From NCBI GenBank assembly GCA_011523305.1, contig WTHB01000177.1, positions 3,005 through 67,004 of the forward strand: 64,000 nt of DNA. The letters are read 5' to 3'. The DNA is from Planctomycetaceae bacterium. Lineage in GTDB: Bacteria; Planctomycetota; Planctomycetia; Pirellulales; UBA1268. Below, in pieces: positions 37,489 through 46,174 of this stretch (the stretch's first letter is position 1; every line of letters starts with the position of its first letter). The notes under the pieces are model-generated. The model saw only the letters and a list, made by a program, of their open reading frames with translations, ran no database searches and was not told where the DNA came from. The translations under genes and the position numbers were made by a program.

Positions 37489-39146
37489 TTAGAAGGCAGC
37501 CTGCAGCTGCATGCGGAAGAGCACGCCCGTCTGGCCGGCGACGAGGTTCGGGCCGCTGTTCATGGCTGCTGAACCGTAGAGCTGGGTGGCGTCAAAAGAC
37601 CATTTGTAGTTATGGGTGCCGTTGACAAACCAGTTCACCCCACCGGCATAGCCACGGCTGGGGCCGTAGTCCCCGTAGATCTGTGAGGTGCGGAAGTTGA
37701 CCTCAAACCGCTTCGGAATCAGGAAGTAGCCCGCCTCCATGCCAAACCCGTGGTTGTAGATCACCTCCGAAGGCACGACCGCCTGCTGCCCTTCATCAGG
37801 ACCGCTGTTGTACTTGCCGGCAAAGTTGCTCAACTGCCGGAAGTAATACTCCATGTCAAAACTCCAGCCCCGATACTTCCAGGCAGCATCGACTGCAAAG
37901 AGGGCGATGTCATATTGGTCCACCGTGACCCCAGCAAAAATCGCGTCAGGTGTCGTCACACGGGTACCGTCGGCAAGCCGGACAAATTCTGCTCAATGCG
38001 GGGCTGCTCAAGCGGCCCCGGCCCATCCTGTTGGCCGTAGGTGAAACTGGTACCGATTTCGAGAGCGAAGTTGTCGTGGTCCTCAAGGTCTGAGTAGCCG
38101 CGGCCGTGATTGCCACTGACATCCCACCAGGTCGTCCCAGAGCAGACAAAGTTGCCGTCGATCTCGGCGGCGTTGGGCTTCCGTCCCGTCGCGTTGAAGC
38201 CATCGCCGACCATGGCACGGTACTAGCGATTCTCGAGATACTCACCTTCCGCCCAGATACCAACCGTCCGTCCAGGCCGGAAGAAGGTGCAGGCAAGTGT
38301 TCGGTCAACCAGCCGGGTGGTCGTTGAACCGTTGAGCCATTCCCGAGAGCCCGGCACGAACGCCTTGCCGAGAAAAACATTCAGTGAATCGGAGAACTTC
38401 CGGTTCACCCAGAAGTCGTAGATGATGACCTGGTCGTGGTCATCGGTGTCAAAGTCAAAGTTGATGAAGTACTGTAGATCAGGATCGAGAATAAAGCCCT
38501 TGAAGCTGAGTCGACCGCGTTCGATCTCGAAGTCGTTGCGGTTGTCAATTGGCAAGACCGTGCCAGCGGAATTGGTCCAGGTCGGCTCGGAACGGGAAAA
38601 GCCGATGTAGCGGAACTGCATCCGGCCGTTCATCTTCATCGAATACGGGTCTTTTTTCGGATCATCCGGATTGAAATAGAACCCTCCGTCATAGCCGAGG
38701 CCATATTCGTCGTCACCGGTTGAGAGCCCATCGGTGTTGCTCACCCCGACACCAGAGAGACTGCCGGAACGCTCATCGAGCACCGGCGCCGAGGCCGCCC
38801 GCCGAATGATCTGCCCCAGATCTCCCGACTCATGGAAGCGGTCACGAAACGTGTCGTGCTCCACCTCCAGCGTGTCGTGCTCGGACTCCAGCTGTTGAAT
38901 TCGCTGAAGCAATTCCTGCGTGGTCGGCTCCCGGTTTGACGGAACGACATCGGTATTGCTCGCCCCCACATCCGACAGACTGCCGCTTCGCTCATCGAGC
39001 TGACCGCCCACGCTTTATTCGGCCAGCACAGACACCGGCTGCGGGTCGGCAGCCGGGAGAACCGGCCCATCAGCCGCCGTTGCCGTGGAAAGAAAAAGGC
39101 CGATGGCAGCCAGGGAAACTGCTGACTGCTGGAGAAGCTTGGTAAT
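37489..39146 (-). pseudogene. Disrupted OprO/OprP-like (phosphate-selective porin O/P family) outer-membrane porin
   Basis: Three track ORFs (38223..39011, 37956..38213, 37489..37959) plus an upstream in-frame signal-peptide segment (39018..39146, KLLQQSAVSLAAIGLFLSTATAADG) join into one porin ending in a C-terminal Phe (RMQLQAAF). The lesions are: an in-frame TAA at 39015-39017; an in-frame TAG at 38223-38225; a frameshift between 37957 and 37992; and no ATG/GTG/TTG ahead of the signal peptide (ATA ATT at 39144-39149). Confidence 0.65.
38730..39000 (-). repeat. Imperfect ~52-nt direct repeat inside the porin N-terminal extension
   Basis: 38730..38781 and 38949..39000 align as atcggtGttgctcAccccGacaCcAgaGagactgccgGAAcgctcatcgagc versus atcggtAttgctcGccccCacaTcCgaCagactgccgCTTcgctcatcgagc. 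They encode LDERSGSLSGVGVSNTD and LDERSGSLSDVGASNTD, flanking a coiled-coil-like segment. Confidence 0.85.
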
Positions 39147-39410
39147 TATTCCGTACCCGCCAAAAATGGATTTGCGAGGTCAGCCAAAGCGGCGAGTGGC
39201 CACGAACTTTACCTGTACCGGTTGCGTCGGTTTCGCTGAATTTTCACTTTGTTAAGATTTTGAGGCTGATTGACTTTTCTCCGGTGGCGGCCTGTTTGCG
39301 GGTTGCCTCGTTCTCCCAGCCTCCGAGGCTTGCCCTGATTCACGCCGTTCTGTCGCGTCTTCCCAGTAGCCAGTAGTCCAATCCACCCCTCCTCAGCGAA
39401 AGCCGGTGCC

Positions 39411-40340
39411 ATGCCTTCCCTTCGCGTTCTCATGTTCCCTGCCTTTTCTGGTGTGCTCAGTCTCGCGGCCTGTCTCGTCAGCGGTCTGGTTGCCGCAGCC
39501 TCCGCCGAGCCGCAGCAACTCGCCCTCTGGGACACTGCGGCCCCCAAGGCAACCGAGGCTCCGGCTGATCAACAGCCGTTCGTTGAGGTCTTCCTGCCAA
39601 CCACCGACACGGCCAACGGCTCGGCCATGGTGATCTGCCCAGGTGGTGGCTACGGCGGGCTGGCCGTTGGTCATGAGGGAGCCGACGTCGCTCGCTGGTG
39701 CACCGCCAACGGCACCACTGCCTTCGTGCTGCACTACCGGCTGGGCAAGCAGGGACACCACTATCCAACCCAACTGATTGACGTGCAGCGGGCCATCCGG
39801 CTGGTCCGGGCCAAGGCCGAGCAATTCGCCATCGACCCGCATCGCATCGGCGTGATGGGCTTCTCGGCCGGGGGCCACCTCGCCTCGATGGCAGCGACCC
39901 TGTTCGCCGAACAGCCGACCCTGCCAGGCATGCAGGCCGACGCTGTTGATGCCGTCAGTGCCAGGCCCGACCTAACGGTGCTCTGCTATCCAGTGATCGC
40001 GATGCATGCCCCACACGCTCATCGGGGATCCCGCAAAAATCTCCTCGGGCCGCATGACAGTGACGCCCTCGCCAGCCAACTCAGCACCGACCAACGCGTG
40101 ACCAAAGAGACACCACCGACCTTTCTGTTCCAGACGGATGAAGACAGCGGTGTGCCGGCAGAAAATGCGGTCGGCTTCTACCTCGCCTGCCGACGGGCAG
40201 GGGTCCCGGCGGAACTGCATGTCTATCAGCCGGGCCGACACGGCATCGGGCTGGCAACGAAATATCCCGGTGTCGCCACCTGGCCCGATCGTCTTCGTGA
40301 CTGGCTTGCCCTGCAGGGGTTTTTTCGGGCGGCCGAGTAA
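39411..40340 (+). CDS. Secreted alpha/beta-hydrolase (esterase, Abhydrolase_3/BD-FAE-like)
   Basis: 309 aa with signal peptide. Motifs VICPGGGYGGLA, GVMGFSAGGHLA and a C-terminal DEDSGVP...H catalytic-triad-like layout. Confidence 0.75.
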   Translation: MPSLRVLMFPAFSGVLSLAACLVSGLVAAASAEPQQLALWDTAAPKATEAPADQQPFVEVFLPTTDTANGSAMVICPGGGYGGLAVGHEGADVARWCTANGTTAFVLHYRLGKQGHHYPTQLIDVQRAIRLVRAKAEQFAIDPHRIGVMGFSAGGHLASMAATLFAEQPTLPGMQADAVDAVSARPDLTVLCYPVIAMHAPHAHRGSRKNLLGPHDSDALASQLSTDQRVTKETPPTFLFQTDEDSGVPAENAVGFYLACRRAGVPAELHVYQPGRHGIGLATKYPGVATWPDRLRDWLALQGFFRAAE

Positions 40341-40379
40341 GCGACCACGCAATGCACCCGGCCGCCACGCTGCTAACAT

Positions 40380-42401
40380 TCAGGCAGTCAGCGTGACCAC
40401 CAGCATCGCTGTTGCCGCCGCCCGCTCTTCGCGACTGCCCACAAACGAGAGTTCGTCGCCAGCCTGCAGGACAACGTCGGGTCCCGGATTGCGGATCAGC
40501 TGCCCGTTCCGGCGGACGGCAATGATCGTTACCCCAGTGGCCGCCCGGATGCCGAGGGCCCCAATCGAGTGCCCCTCCACCACACCACCGGCTGGGATCC
40601 GGCAACTGCCGATCTGGTCCAACAGGTCTGGGGTTCCATCAGACCGCAGGGCAACCCGCCGACCGCGGCCCCGCAGAAACCCGTAGTTCTCCAGCCGCAG
40701 GTCATCAACGAGATCGTCAATCGTCTCCTCTGGCACATCGTAGATGCCCAGCACCCGCTCAAAGATCGAGAGGGCGGTCTCGAATTCAGCCGGCACGACC
40801 ACATCGGCCCCAAGCAGCCGCAGTTCGTCAACTTCGGCCAGATATTCGGTACGCACCAGAATCTGGACATCCGGGGCGAGGTCACGGGCCACCCGCACAC
40901 TCCGCCGGGCACTGGCCGGATCAGAAATGGCAACCACATACGCCCGCGCTTGCTCAATGCCGGCATGCTCGAGGATCGCTGCACGGGTGCAGTCGCCGTA
41001 GCGAATATCAAGGCCGGTGGCCCGCTCGCGGCGCACCGTCTCGGGGTTGAGCTCAAGGATCACGTGCGGCACCCCAAATTCAGTCAGTGCTGTCGCAAGG
41101 TTGCGGCCATTGATGCCGAAACCGGCGATCACGACATGATCGTGTAACTGGGCTCCTACCGGCGGTGGTGGCTCCCGAAATAGTCGGCCCAACCGCTGGC
41201 TCTGGGACAAGCGACCACAGAGCGACGCCAGCAGGCCGGTGACAACCGGCGTGGCGGCCATCGTCATCACCGCCACGGCAAGGAACGCCTGATAGTCGTC
41301 TGCGGTCAGCAGGCCGACTTCGGCACCGCGGGAACCCAGCACGAACGAAAACTCCCCCACCTGCGCGATCGTACCACCGGCCAGAATCGCCGTCCGCAAC
41401 GGAAAGCCAGCGACGAGCGCTGGGATGGTGGTCGCAAGCAACTTGCTCACCAGGATGGCCACCACAATGAGGCCAACCAAGCCCAGGTGGCTGACCACAA
41501 ACGAGATATCAAGCAGCATGCCCACCGACACGAAGAACAGGCTTGCCAGCGTATCCCGGAAGGGGAGCACCTCGACGAAGGCCTGATGGCCATACTCACT
41601 CTCCGAGAGAGCAAGCCCTGCCAAGAACGCCCCCAAGGCCAAGGAGAGGCCAACCTTGGCTGTGATGGCAGCTGTCCCCAGGCCGATCAGCACTAGGGTG
41701 ATCAGAAAGAGTTCTCGATTCCGCAACCGCACCACTGCATGGAGCACCTGCGGTATCAGCCGTCGCCCCGCGACCAGGACGGCAGCCACAACTGCCAGGC
41801 CCACGCCCCCCGCCGCCAGCGGGTTGGTGAAAAGGGGCTCGGCATGACCAGCGGCGTGAGACCGAGCAGGCTGGGCATCCGCCGCGACACCAGCCGCCGC
41901 AGCCAGCAGGGGCACTGCCAGCATCGCTACCAACACCAAGAGGTCTTGCAGCAGGAGCACCGCAATCGCCACCCGGCCCGGCGGCGTACCGGTCTCGCTG
42001 CGGTCAGCGAGCAGTTTCAGCACGATCGCCGTGCTCGACATCGCCACCAGCAGCCCAGCGAAGACTGCCTGGGGCAAGGTGCCGAAATACCACCAGGTGC
42101 TTGCTGCAGCCAGCAGCGTCGTCCCGACAATCTGCGGCAGCCCGATTTTCAGCATCAGCGGCAGCATGCTCTGCAGCCGGGACATCGAAAACTCAAGTCC
42201 CACCGAAAACAACAGGACCACCACGCCGATCTCGGCCAGCAGTTCAACACTCTCAATGTCATCGACCAGCGACAGTCCGTAGGGGCCGACAACGACCCCC
42301 GAGACGAGCAGGCCGATCACACTCGGGATCTGAGCCCGGCCAAACAGGAAGACCACCACCGCCGTCACCGCAAACACGACAAGGAGGTCGGCAAGAAACA
42401 T
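40380..42401 (-). CDS. CPA2-family cation:proton antiporter with TrkA-N/TrkA-C (RCK) domains (Kef-type)
   Basis: The track ORF starts at a TTG (42425); the first ATG is at 42399-42401 (MFLADLLVVFAVTAVVVFLFGRAQIPSVIGLLVSGVVVGPYGL). 12-13 TM segments, then VVIAGFGINGRNLA (Rossmann) and a C-terminal TrkA-C-like segment. Confidence 0.85.
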   Translation of the reverse strand: MFLADLLVVFAVTAVVVFLFGRAQIPSVIGLLVSGVVVGPYGLSLVDDIESVELLAEIGVVVLLFSVGLEFSMSRLQSMLPLMLKIGLPQIVGTTLLAAASTWWYFGTLPQAVFAGLLVAMSSTAIVLKLLADRSETGTPPGRVAIAVLLLQDLLVLVAMLAVPLLAAAAGVAADAQPARSHAAGHAEPLFTNPLAAGGVGLAVVAAVLVAGRRLIPQVLHAVVRLRNRELFLITLVLIGLGTAAITAKVGLSLALGAFLAGLALSESEYGHQAFVEVLPFRDTLASLFFVSVGMLLDISFVVSHLGLVGLIVVAILVSKLLATTIPALVAGFPLRTAILAGGTIAQVGEFSFVLGSRGAEVGLLTADDYQAFLAVAVMTMAATPVVTGLLASLCGRLSQSQRLGRLFREPPPPVGAQLHDHVVIAGFGINGRNLATALTEFGVPHVILELNPETVRRERATGLDIRYGDCTRAAILEHAGIEQARAYVVAISDPASARRSVRVARDLAPDVQILVRTEYLAEVDELRLLGADVVVPAEFETALSIFERVLGIYDVPEETIDDLVDDLRLENYGFLRGRGRRVALRSDGTPDLLDQIGSCRIPAGGVVEGHSIGALGIRAATGVTIIAVRRNGQLIRNPGPDVVLQAGDELSFVGSREERAAATAMLVVTLTA

Positions 42402-42409
42402 GGAGGCTT

Positions 42410-42433
42410 TGGGGCAATGGGGCAATGGGGCAA
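42410..42433. repeat. Three perfect tandem copies of TGGGGCAA (TTGCCCCA on the kef sense strand)
   Basis: Read directly: tggggcaa tggggcaa tggggcaa at 42410-42417, 42418-42425 and 42426-42433. This begins 9 nt upstream of the kef-type ATG at 42401. Confidence 0.9.
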
Positions 42434-42583
42434 AGGGCGTCCAGGCCCATTCTTACCCGCCCACCCGAAAAAAATCACCGCCGCCTGCCGCTACCCGGAA
42501 TCGCCCTAGGGAACGGCCGCAGCCGTTTGGTACAAGCCCGCAAGTGCAGGTGCATACTCGTCCCCTCTCGCCCGGCCACTGCC

Positions 42584-43438
42584 ATGGTGCTCCATCCACT
42601 CACTCGCTGGCTGATGCTGCCGTGTGCCGTGCTCGCGGTTGGCCTGCTGACGGCCAGACCGGTCACCGCTGCTGACGATGCCACCCTGCGGATCGAGACC
42701 GAGGTCTTCGACGATGACGACGCAGCCCCACTGGCCCACAGCCTGACCCTCTTTGCCGAGGATGTGGCCTGGGACTTTCTCGATATTTCCAGCGAGCCAC
42801 TCGCCGAGGCTGCCACCACGAGCAGTGGCTTCAGTGGTGAGATCATTCTCCATGACCCGATCCGCGAGCGGGTCGTGCTGATTGATCCCCACCGCAACGT
42901 GCGGACCTCGGTCGATACCATTCAGTTAGAACGCCTCAGTGTGTCCCTGACCAGTTGGGCCCGCCAGTCCGACGATAGGCTGATCTGTTGGGCAGGAGGC
43001 CCCGCCTTCGGTGAAGGGGTTCACGAAGATGCCGGCACCTTTGAACTGATCGGTCCGCGGGTTCGGTATCAGATCGAAACCACTGCGGCCCCGTCCCCGG
43101 ACATGGCCGCTCGCTACCGACGCTTTGCCGACACCGCCATTTTGCTGCGAGCGTTGTTGCATCCTGGTGGGGTTCCCCCGTTTCCGCGTCTGGAAATGAA
43201 TCGGGCGATTGCCAGTGCGGAAGCGCTGCCCACTGCGGTGACGCTTGAGACCGAACCCCGCGGTGGGCTCGCGGCGGCCGGCCTGGGCGGTGTCTTGCAA
43301 CGCACGCTTCGCTCACGCCATCGCATTCATCCGGCGCTTCGCTCGGATGACCTCCGGCGAATTGCTGATGCGGAAGCCTGCATGGCAGCCGCTGAAGACA
43401 TCCGCCTCGCGGCCTACACCACCGCCGTCGAGCCCTGA
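42584..43438 (+). CDS. Hypothetical secreted protein
   Basis: ORF 42101..43438 trimmed to the ATG at 42584, which gives signal peptide MVLHPLTRWLMLPCAVLAVGLLTARPVTAA. The upstream part of the track ORF overlaps the kef gene antisense. No family recognised. Confidence 0.5.
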   Translation: MVLHPLTRWLMLPCAVLAVGLLTARPVTAADDATLRIETEVFDDDDAAPLAHSLTLFAEDVAWDFLDISSEPLAEAATTSSGFSGEIILHDPIRERVVLIDPHRNVRTSVDTIQLERLSVSLTSWARQSDDRLICWAGGPAFGEGVHEDAGTFELIGPRVRYQIETTAAPSPDMAARYRRFADTAILLRALLHPGGVPPFPRLEMNRAIASAEALPTAVTLETEPRGGLAAAGLGGVLQRTLRSRHRIHPALRSDDLRRIADAEACMAAAEDIRLAAYTTAVEP

Positions 43439-43684
43439 CCGACCGCGGCATGCAGCCGGGCCGTGGACGCCTCGCGCACGAAAACCGCGTGTCGGTCCAC
43501 TGAAAGCCACGTGCTGGCGAACAAAAAACCGGCGCCTGCTGCAGCCGGCACGATCGGCACCATTGCATGCGAAATCGGCACGGCCAAGAAACCTTCGCCG
43601 TTCGGACGATATTTCCTGTGGCTCCCATCTTGCCCAGGCCTTCAGGTGACCCAGTCGTGGTGCCGTCCACCCGCAAGCAGTTAC

Positions 43685-43751
43685 TTGACGCCTGTACAGT
43701 TCTTGGCTCTATTCATCCCAAACATGCATCTCACGAGGAACGGAGGCTTTC
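43685..43751 (+). promoter_or_regulatory. Candidate csrA promoter and GGA-containing leader / Shine-Dalgarno region
   Basis: TTGACG (43685-43690), 17-nt spacer, TCTATT (43708-43713). The leader ends ACGAGGAACGGAGGCTTTC-ATG, with GGA triplets at 43737-43739 and 43742-43744 overlapping the SD. This is the kind of site CsrA proteins bind. Confidence 0.3.
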
Positions 43752-43967
43752 ATGCTGGTGTTGTCCCGGAAGCAGAACGAGCGAATTCGCGTTGGGGAAT
43801 CGGTGGTGGTAACGGTGGTGCGGGTCAACGGTGACAAGGTGCGAATCGGTATTGAGGCACCAACAGACATGCGGGTCCTGCGGGACGAATTGGAAGAGAC
43901 CGGCGATGTCGTCCTCGAAGATTCCGGGGAGCTGCCGATCACCCGGTTCTGCACACTCGCTGGATAA
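43752..43967 (+). CDS. csrA: Carbon storage regulator CsrA (RNA-binding translational regulator)
   Basis: 71 aa. MLVLSRKQNERIRVGESVVVTVVRVNGDKVRIGIEAPTDMRVLRDEL is a canonical CsrA core, with an acidic C-terminal tail. Confidence 0.9.
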   Translation: MLVLSRKQNERIRVGESVVVTVVRVNGDKVRIGIEAPTDMRVLRDELEETGDVVLEDSGELPITRFCTLAG

Positions 43968-44005
43968 TCGGCCCGGCGCGCCGTGGGCAGAAGCAGGTAG
44001 CAGGC

Positions 44006-44788
44006 ATGGACGATGCGGAAGCGGCAGGGTCGAACGGGCGGGCCGAGCCCGTTCGACCGGTACAGCGGACACGCTGGTGGTGGTTGGCGATCAGCCCGGC
44101 CGTCGGGCTCGGACTGGTCTGGCTGGGGATCACCACACCGCCGGCGTTTTATCGGGCCGCCGCGGTCACCGGGCCAGAGGCGGCAGGGGCGGCCGGACGA
44201 TTCGTGACGAGCCTGGCGGCAATCGCAACCGCCAGTCGTCAAGAAGGAGCATGGGGGGTCGATATGCAGGAGCGAGATATCAATGCCTGGCTGGGGACCG
44301 ATCTGCCCCGCAACCATCCTGAAATCTTGAACGGTTCCGCCTGGGGACGACTCTCCCGGCCACGGGTTCGGCTCGAACCAAAACTGGCCCGAATCGGCAT
44401 CGAGGTCAGTACTTGGGGCATCACCGTAGTTGCCTGGGCGGACGTTGAAGTCACCATGCGATCGGCCAACCACTTCGTGGTATCGATCCGTCGGGCCGGC
44501 CTCGGCAGCCTGCCGCTGCCGCGGGATGCCGTTCTGAAGGAATGTGGTCGCCGCCTCATGAAAGCTGGGCTCGAAACTCAGATGCAACGGTTCCGTGACC
44601 GCAGTGTGCTACTGGCGGTCGTCCCCGATCGGCTCGCCGAACGCCCGGCGGCACCACCCTCTGGGCCACGCCAGCCGAGCCGCCGCTGGGAAGTGGACTC
44701 GCTGCGGATCGACCGCGGGTCCCTCACTCTGGCCGGAACCAGCCGATCGCTGGACCGACCCCGTCACGCTGAGCGGACCAGCCCATGA
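44006..44788 (+). CDS. Hypothetical single-pass membrane protein
   Basis: 260 aa with one TM (RWWWLAISPAVGLGLVWLGITT). Lies 38 nt after csrA, and its stop overlaps the next start (ATGA at 44785-44788). No family recognised. Confidence 0.5.
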   Translation: MDDAEAAGSNGRAEPVRPVQRTRWWWLAISPAVGLGLVWLGITTPPAFYRAAAVTGPEAAGAAGRFVTSLAAIATASRQEGAWGVDMQERDINAWLGTDLPRNHPEILNGSAWGRLSRPRVRLEPKLARIGIEVSTWGITVVAWADVEVTMRSANHFVVSIRRAGLGSLPLPRDAVLKECGRRLMKAGLETQMQRFRDRSVLLAVVPDRLAERPAAPPSGPRQPSRRWEVDSLRIDRGSLTLAGTSRSLDRPRHAERTSP

Positions 44789-46170
44789 GCCCACCCGTGT
44801 TGCAGTTCTTCGGGGCCGCGGGCACTGTCTCGGGGTCACGGCATCTGCTGGAAGCCGGCCAGAGTCGGCTGCTTGTCGACTGCGGGCTGTTCCAAGGCGA
44901 GAAGCGGCTCCGGCTGAAAAACTGGGCTGACTTCCCGGTGCCCCCGGCCTCGATCGACGCGGTCGTTCTGACGCATGCCCACCTCGACCACTCTGGCTAT
45001 TTGCCTCGACTCATCCACCACGGGTTCACCGGCCCCATCTACGCGACTGCACCGACGGCTGACCTGCTGAGCTTGCTGCTCTATGACTCCGCCAAGTGCC
45101 AGGCCGAGGATGCCGCCTACGCCAACAAGAAAGGCTACTCGCGGCATCGCCCCGCCCGGCCGCTGTATGACGAACACGATGTCAGCCAGACCCTGCGGCA
45201 GCTCCAGCCAATCAAACGGGAAACCTGGTTCAGCCCCGCCGCCGGACTGCGGTGCCGGGGCCACGATGCTGGCCACATGCTCGGAAGTTGTTTTCTCGAA
45301 ATCGAAGCTGACGACCCGACGGTCAGACTGGTCTTTTCGGGTGACGTCGGTCGCTTCGACGCACCCCTGTACCATGACCCCACACCGCCACCCGACTGTG
45401 ACTATCTGATCTGTGAAAGCACCTATGGCGATCGTGACCACCGGCAGGACAACCCTCTTGAAGAACTTGCCACCGTGGTCAACGAAGCCGTGGCGCGCGG
45501 GGGCATGCTCCTGGTCGCCTCGTTCGCGGTGGGACGGGCCCAGCAGTTGGTCTATCTGTTGCGGACCCTGATGGGCAGCGGAACGATCCCTCCCCTGCCG
45601 ATCTGGGTTGATTCACCAATGGCCGTAGCAGCCACCGAAGTTTTCCGTCAGCATGCCAGCGAACATGACTTTGCCGAAGCCAAAGAGGCTGGCGTGGTGG
45701 CCAGCCTCTCGCCGAGTGACGTCCATCTCTCACGGTCGGCAACCGAGTCGAAGGCGATCAACGCCCACGATGGCCCTGGCGTCATCATCGCGGCCAGTGG
45801 AATGATGAATGGTGGCCGCATTCTTCATCACCTGAAACGACGTCTGCCCCTGCCGGAGACCACCGTGCTGCTCGCCGGCTTTCAGGCCAAAGGAACGCGG
45901 GGCCGCAACCTCCAAGAGGGTGCCAAATATCTGCGAATCCACGGCCGTGACATCCCGGTGGCGGCCGCTGTCCGGCAGATCGATGCCTTTTCCGGCCACG
46001 CTGACCGCCGCGAGATCGCCCGCTGGCTCGCCCCCATGGCCGCTCCCAAGCGAACCTTTCTGGTGCATGGTGAACCAGTCGCGGCCCGCGGCATGGCCGA
46101 ACACCTTGGCCAGATGTTTCAATGGAAAACGCATTGCCCCGCTCTCGGCGAGCGGATTGTCTTGGAGTAA
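44785..46170 (+). CDS. MBL-fold / beta-CASP metallo-hydrolase (RNA-metabolising, CPSF/RNase J-like)
   Basis: 461 aa. VLTHAHLDHSGYLP (HxHxDH), GHMLGS, ESTYGDR, ...GFQAKGTRG, SGHADRREI (beta-CASP motif C). Confidence 0.8.
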   Translation: MSPPVLQFFGAAGTVSGSRHLLEAGQSRLLVDCGLFQGEKRLRLKNWADFPVPPASIDAVVLTHAHLDHSGYLPRLIHHGFTGPIYATAPTADLLSLLLYDSAKCQAEDAAYANKKGYSRHRPARPLYDEHDVSQTLRQLQPIKRETWFSPAAGLRCRGHDAGHMLGSCFLEIEADDPTVRLVFSGDVGRFDAPLYHDPTPPPDCDYLICESTYGDRDHRQDNPLEELATVVNEAVARGGMLLVASFAVGRAQQLVYLLRTLMGSGTIPPLPIWVDSPMAVAATEVFRQHASEHDFAEAKEAGVVASLSPSDVHLSRSATESKAINAHDGPGVIIAASGMMNGGRILHHLKRRLPLPETTVLLAGFQAKGTRGRNLQEGAKYLRIHGRDIPVAAAVRQIDAFSGHADRREIARWLAPMAAPKRTFLVHGEPVAARGMAEHLGQMFQWKTHCPALGERIVLE

Positions 46171-46174
46171 CTCG

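Noticed and set aside
38223-39017. Programmed stop-codon readthrough or recoding at the in-frame TAG (38223-38225) and TAA (39015-39017) of the porin.
   Set aside because: Two different stop codons, a separate frameshift and a missing start codon in one gene are more simply explained by pseudogenisation. I saw no recoding signals.
42101-42583. N-terminal extensions of track ORFs: 42101..43438, 45920..47137, 55246..56958, 54638..55687, 6679..8316, 18684..21875, 48994..49866, 61209..62450 and others.
   Set aside because: The extensions overlap neighbouring genes or terminators and translate to low-complexity sequence. They precede internal ATG/GTG codons that yield proper signal peptides or canonical family N-termini. 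I therefore used trimmed starts.
43530-43750. Possible CsrB-like decoy sRNA on the minus strand of the csrA leader: four GGA-containing motifs plus a CCGGC...GCCGG hairpin followed by T6 on the minus strand near 43528-43560.
   Set aside because: About four GGA triplets in ~200 nt is roughly what base composition predicts. The stem is only 5 bp and the motifs are not in obvious repeated hairpin loops. That is too weak to call.
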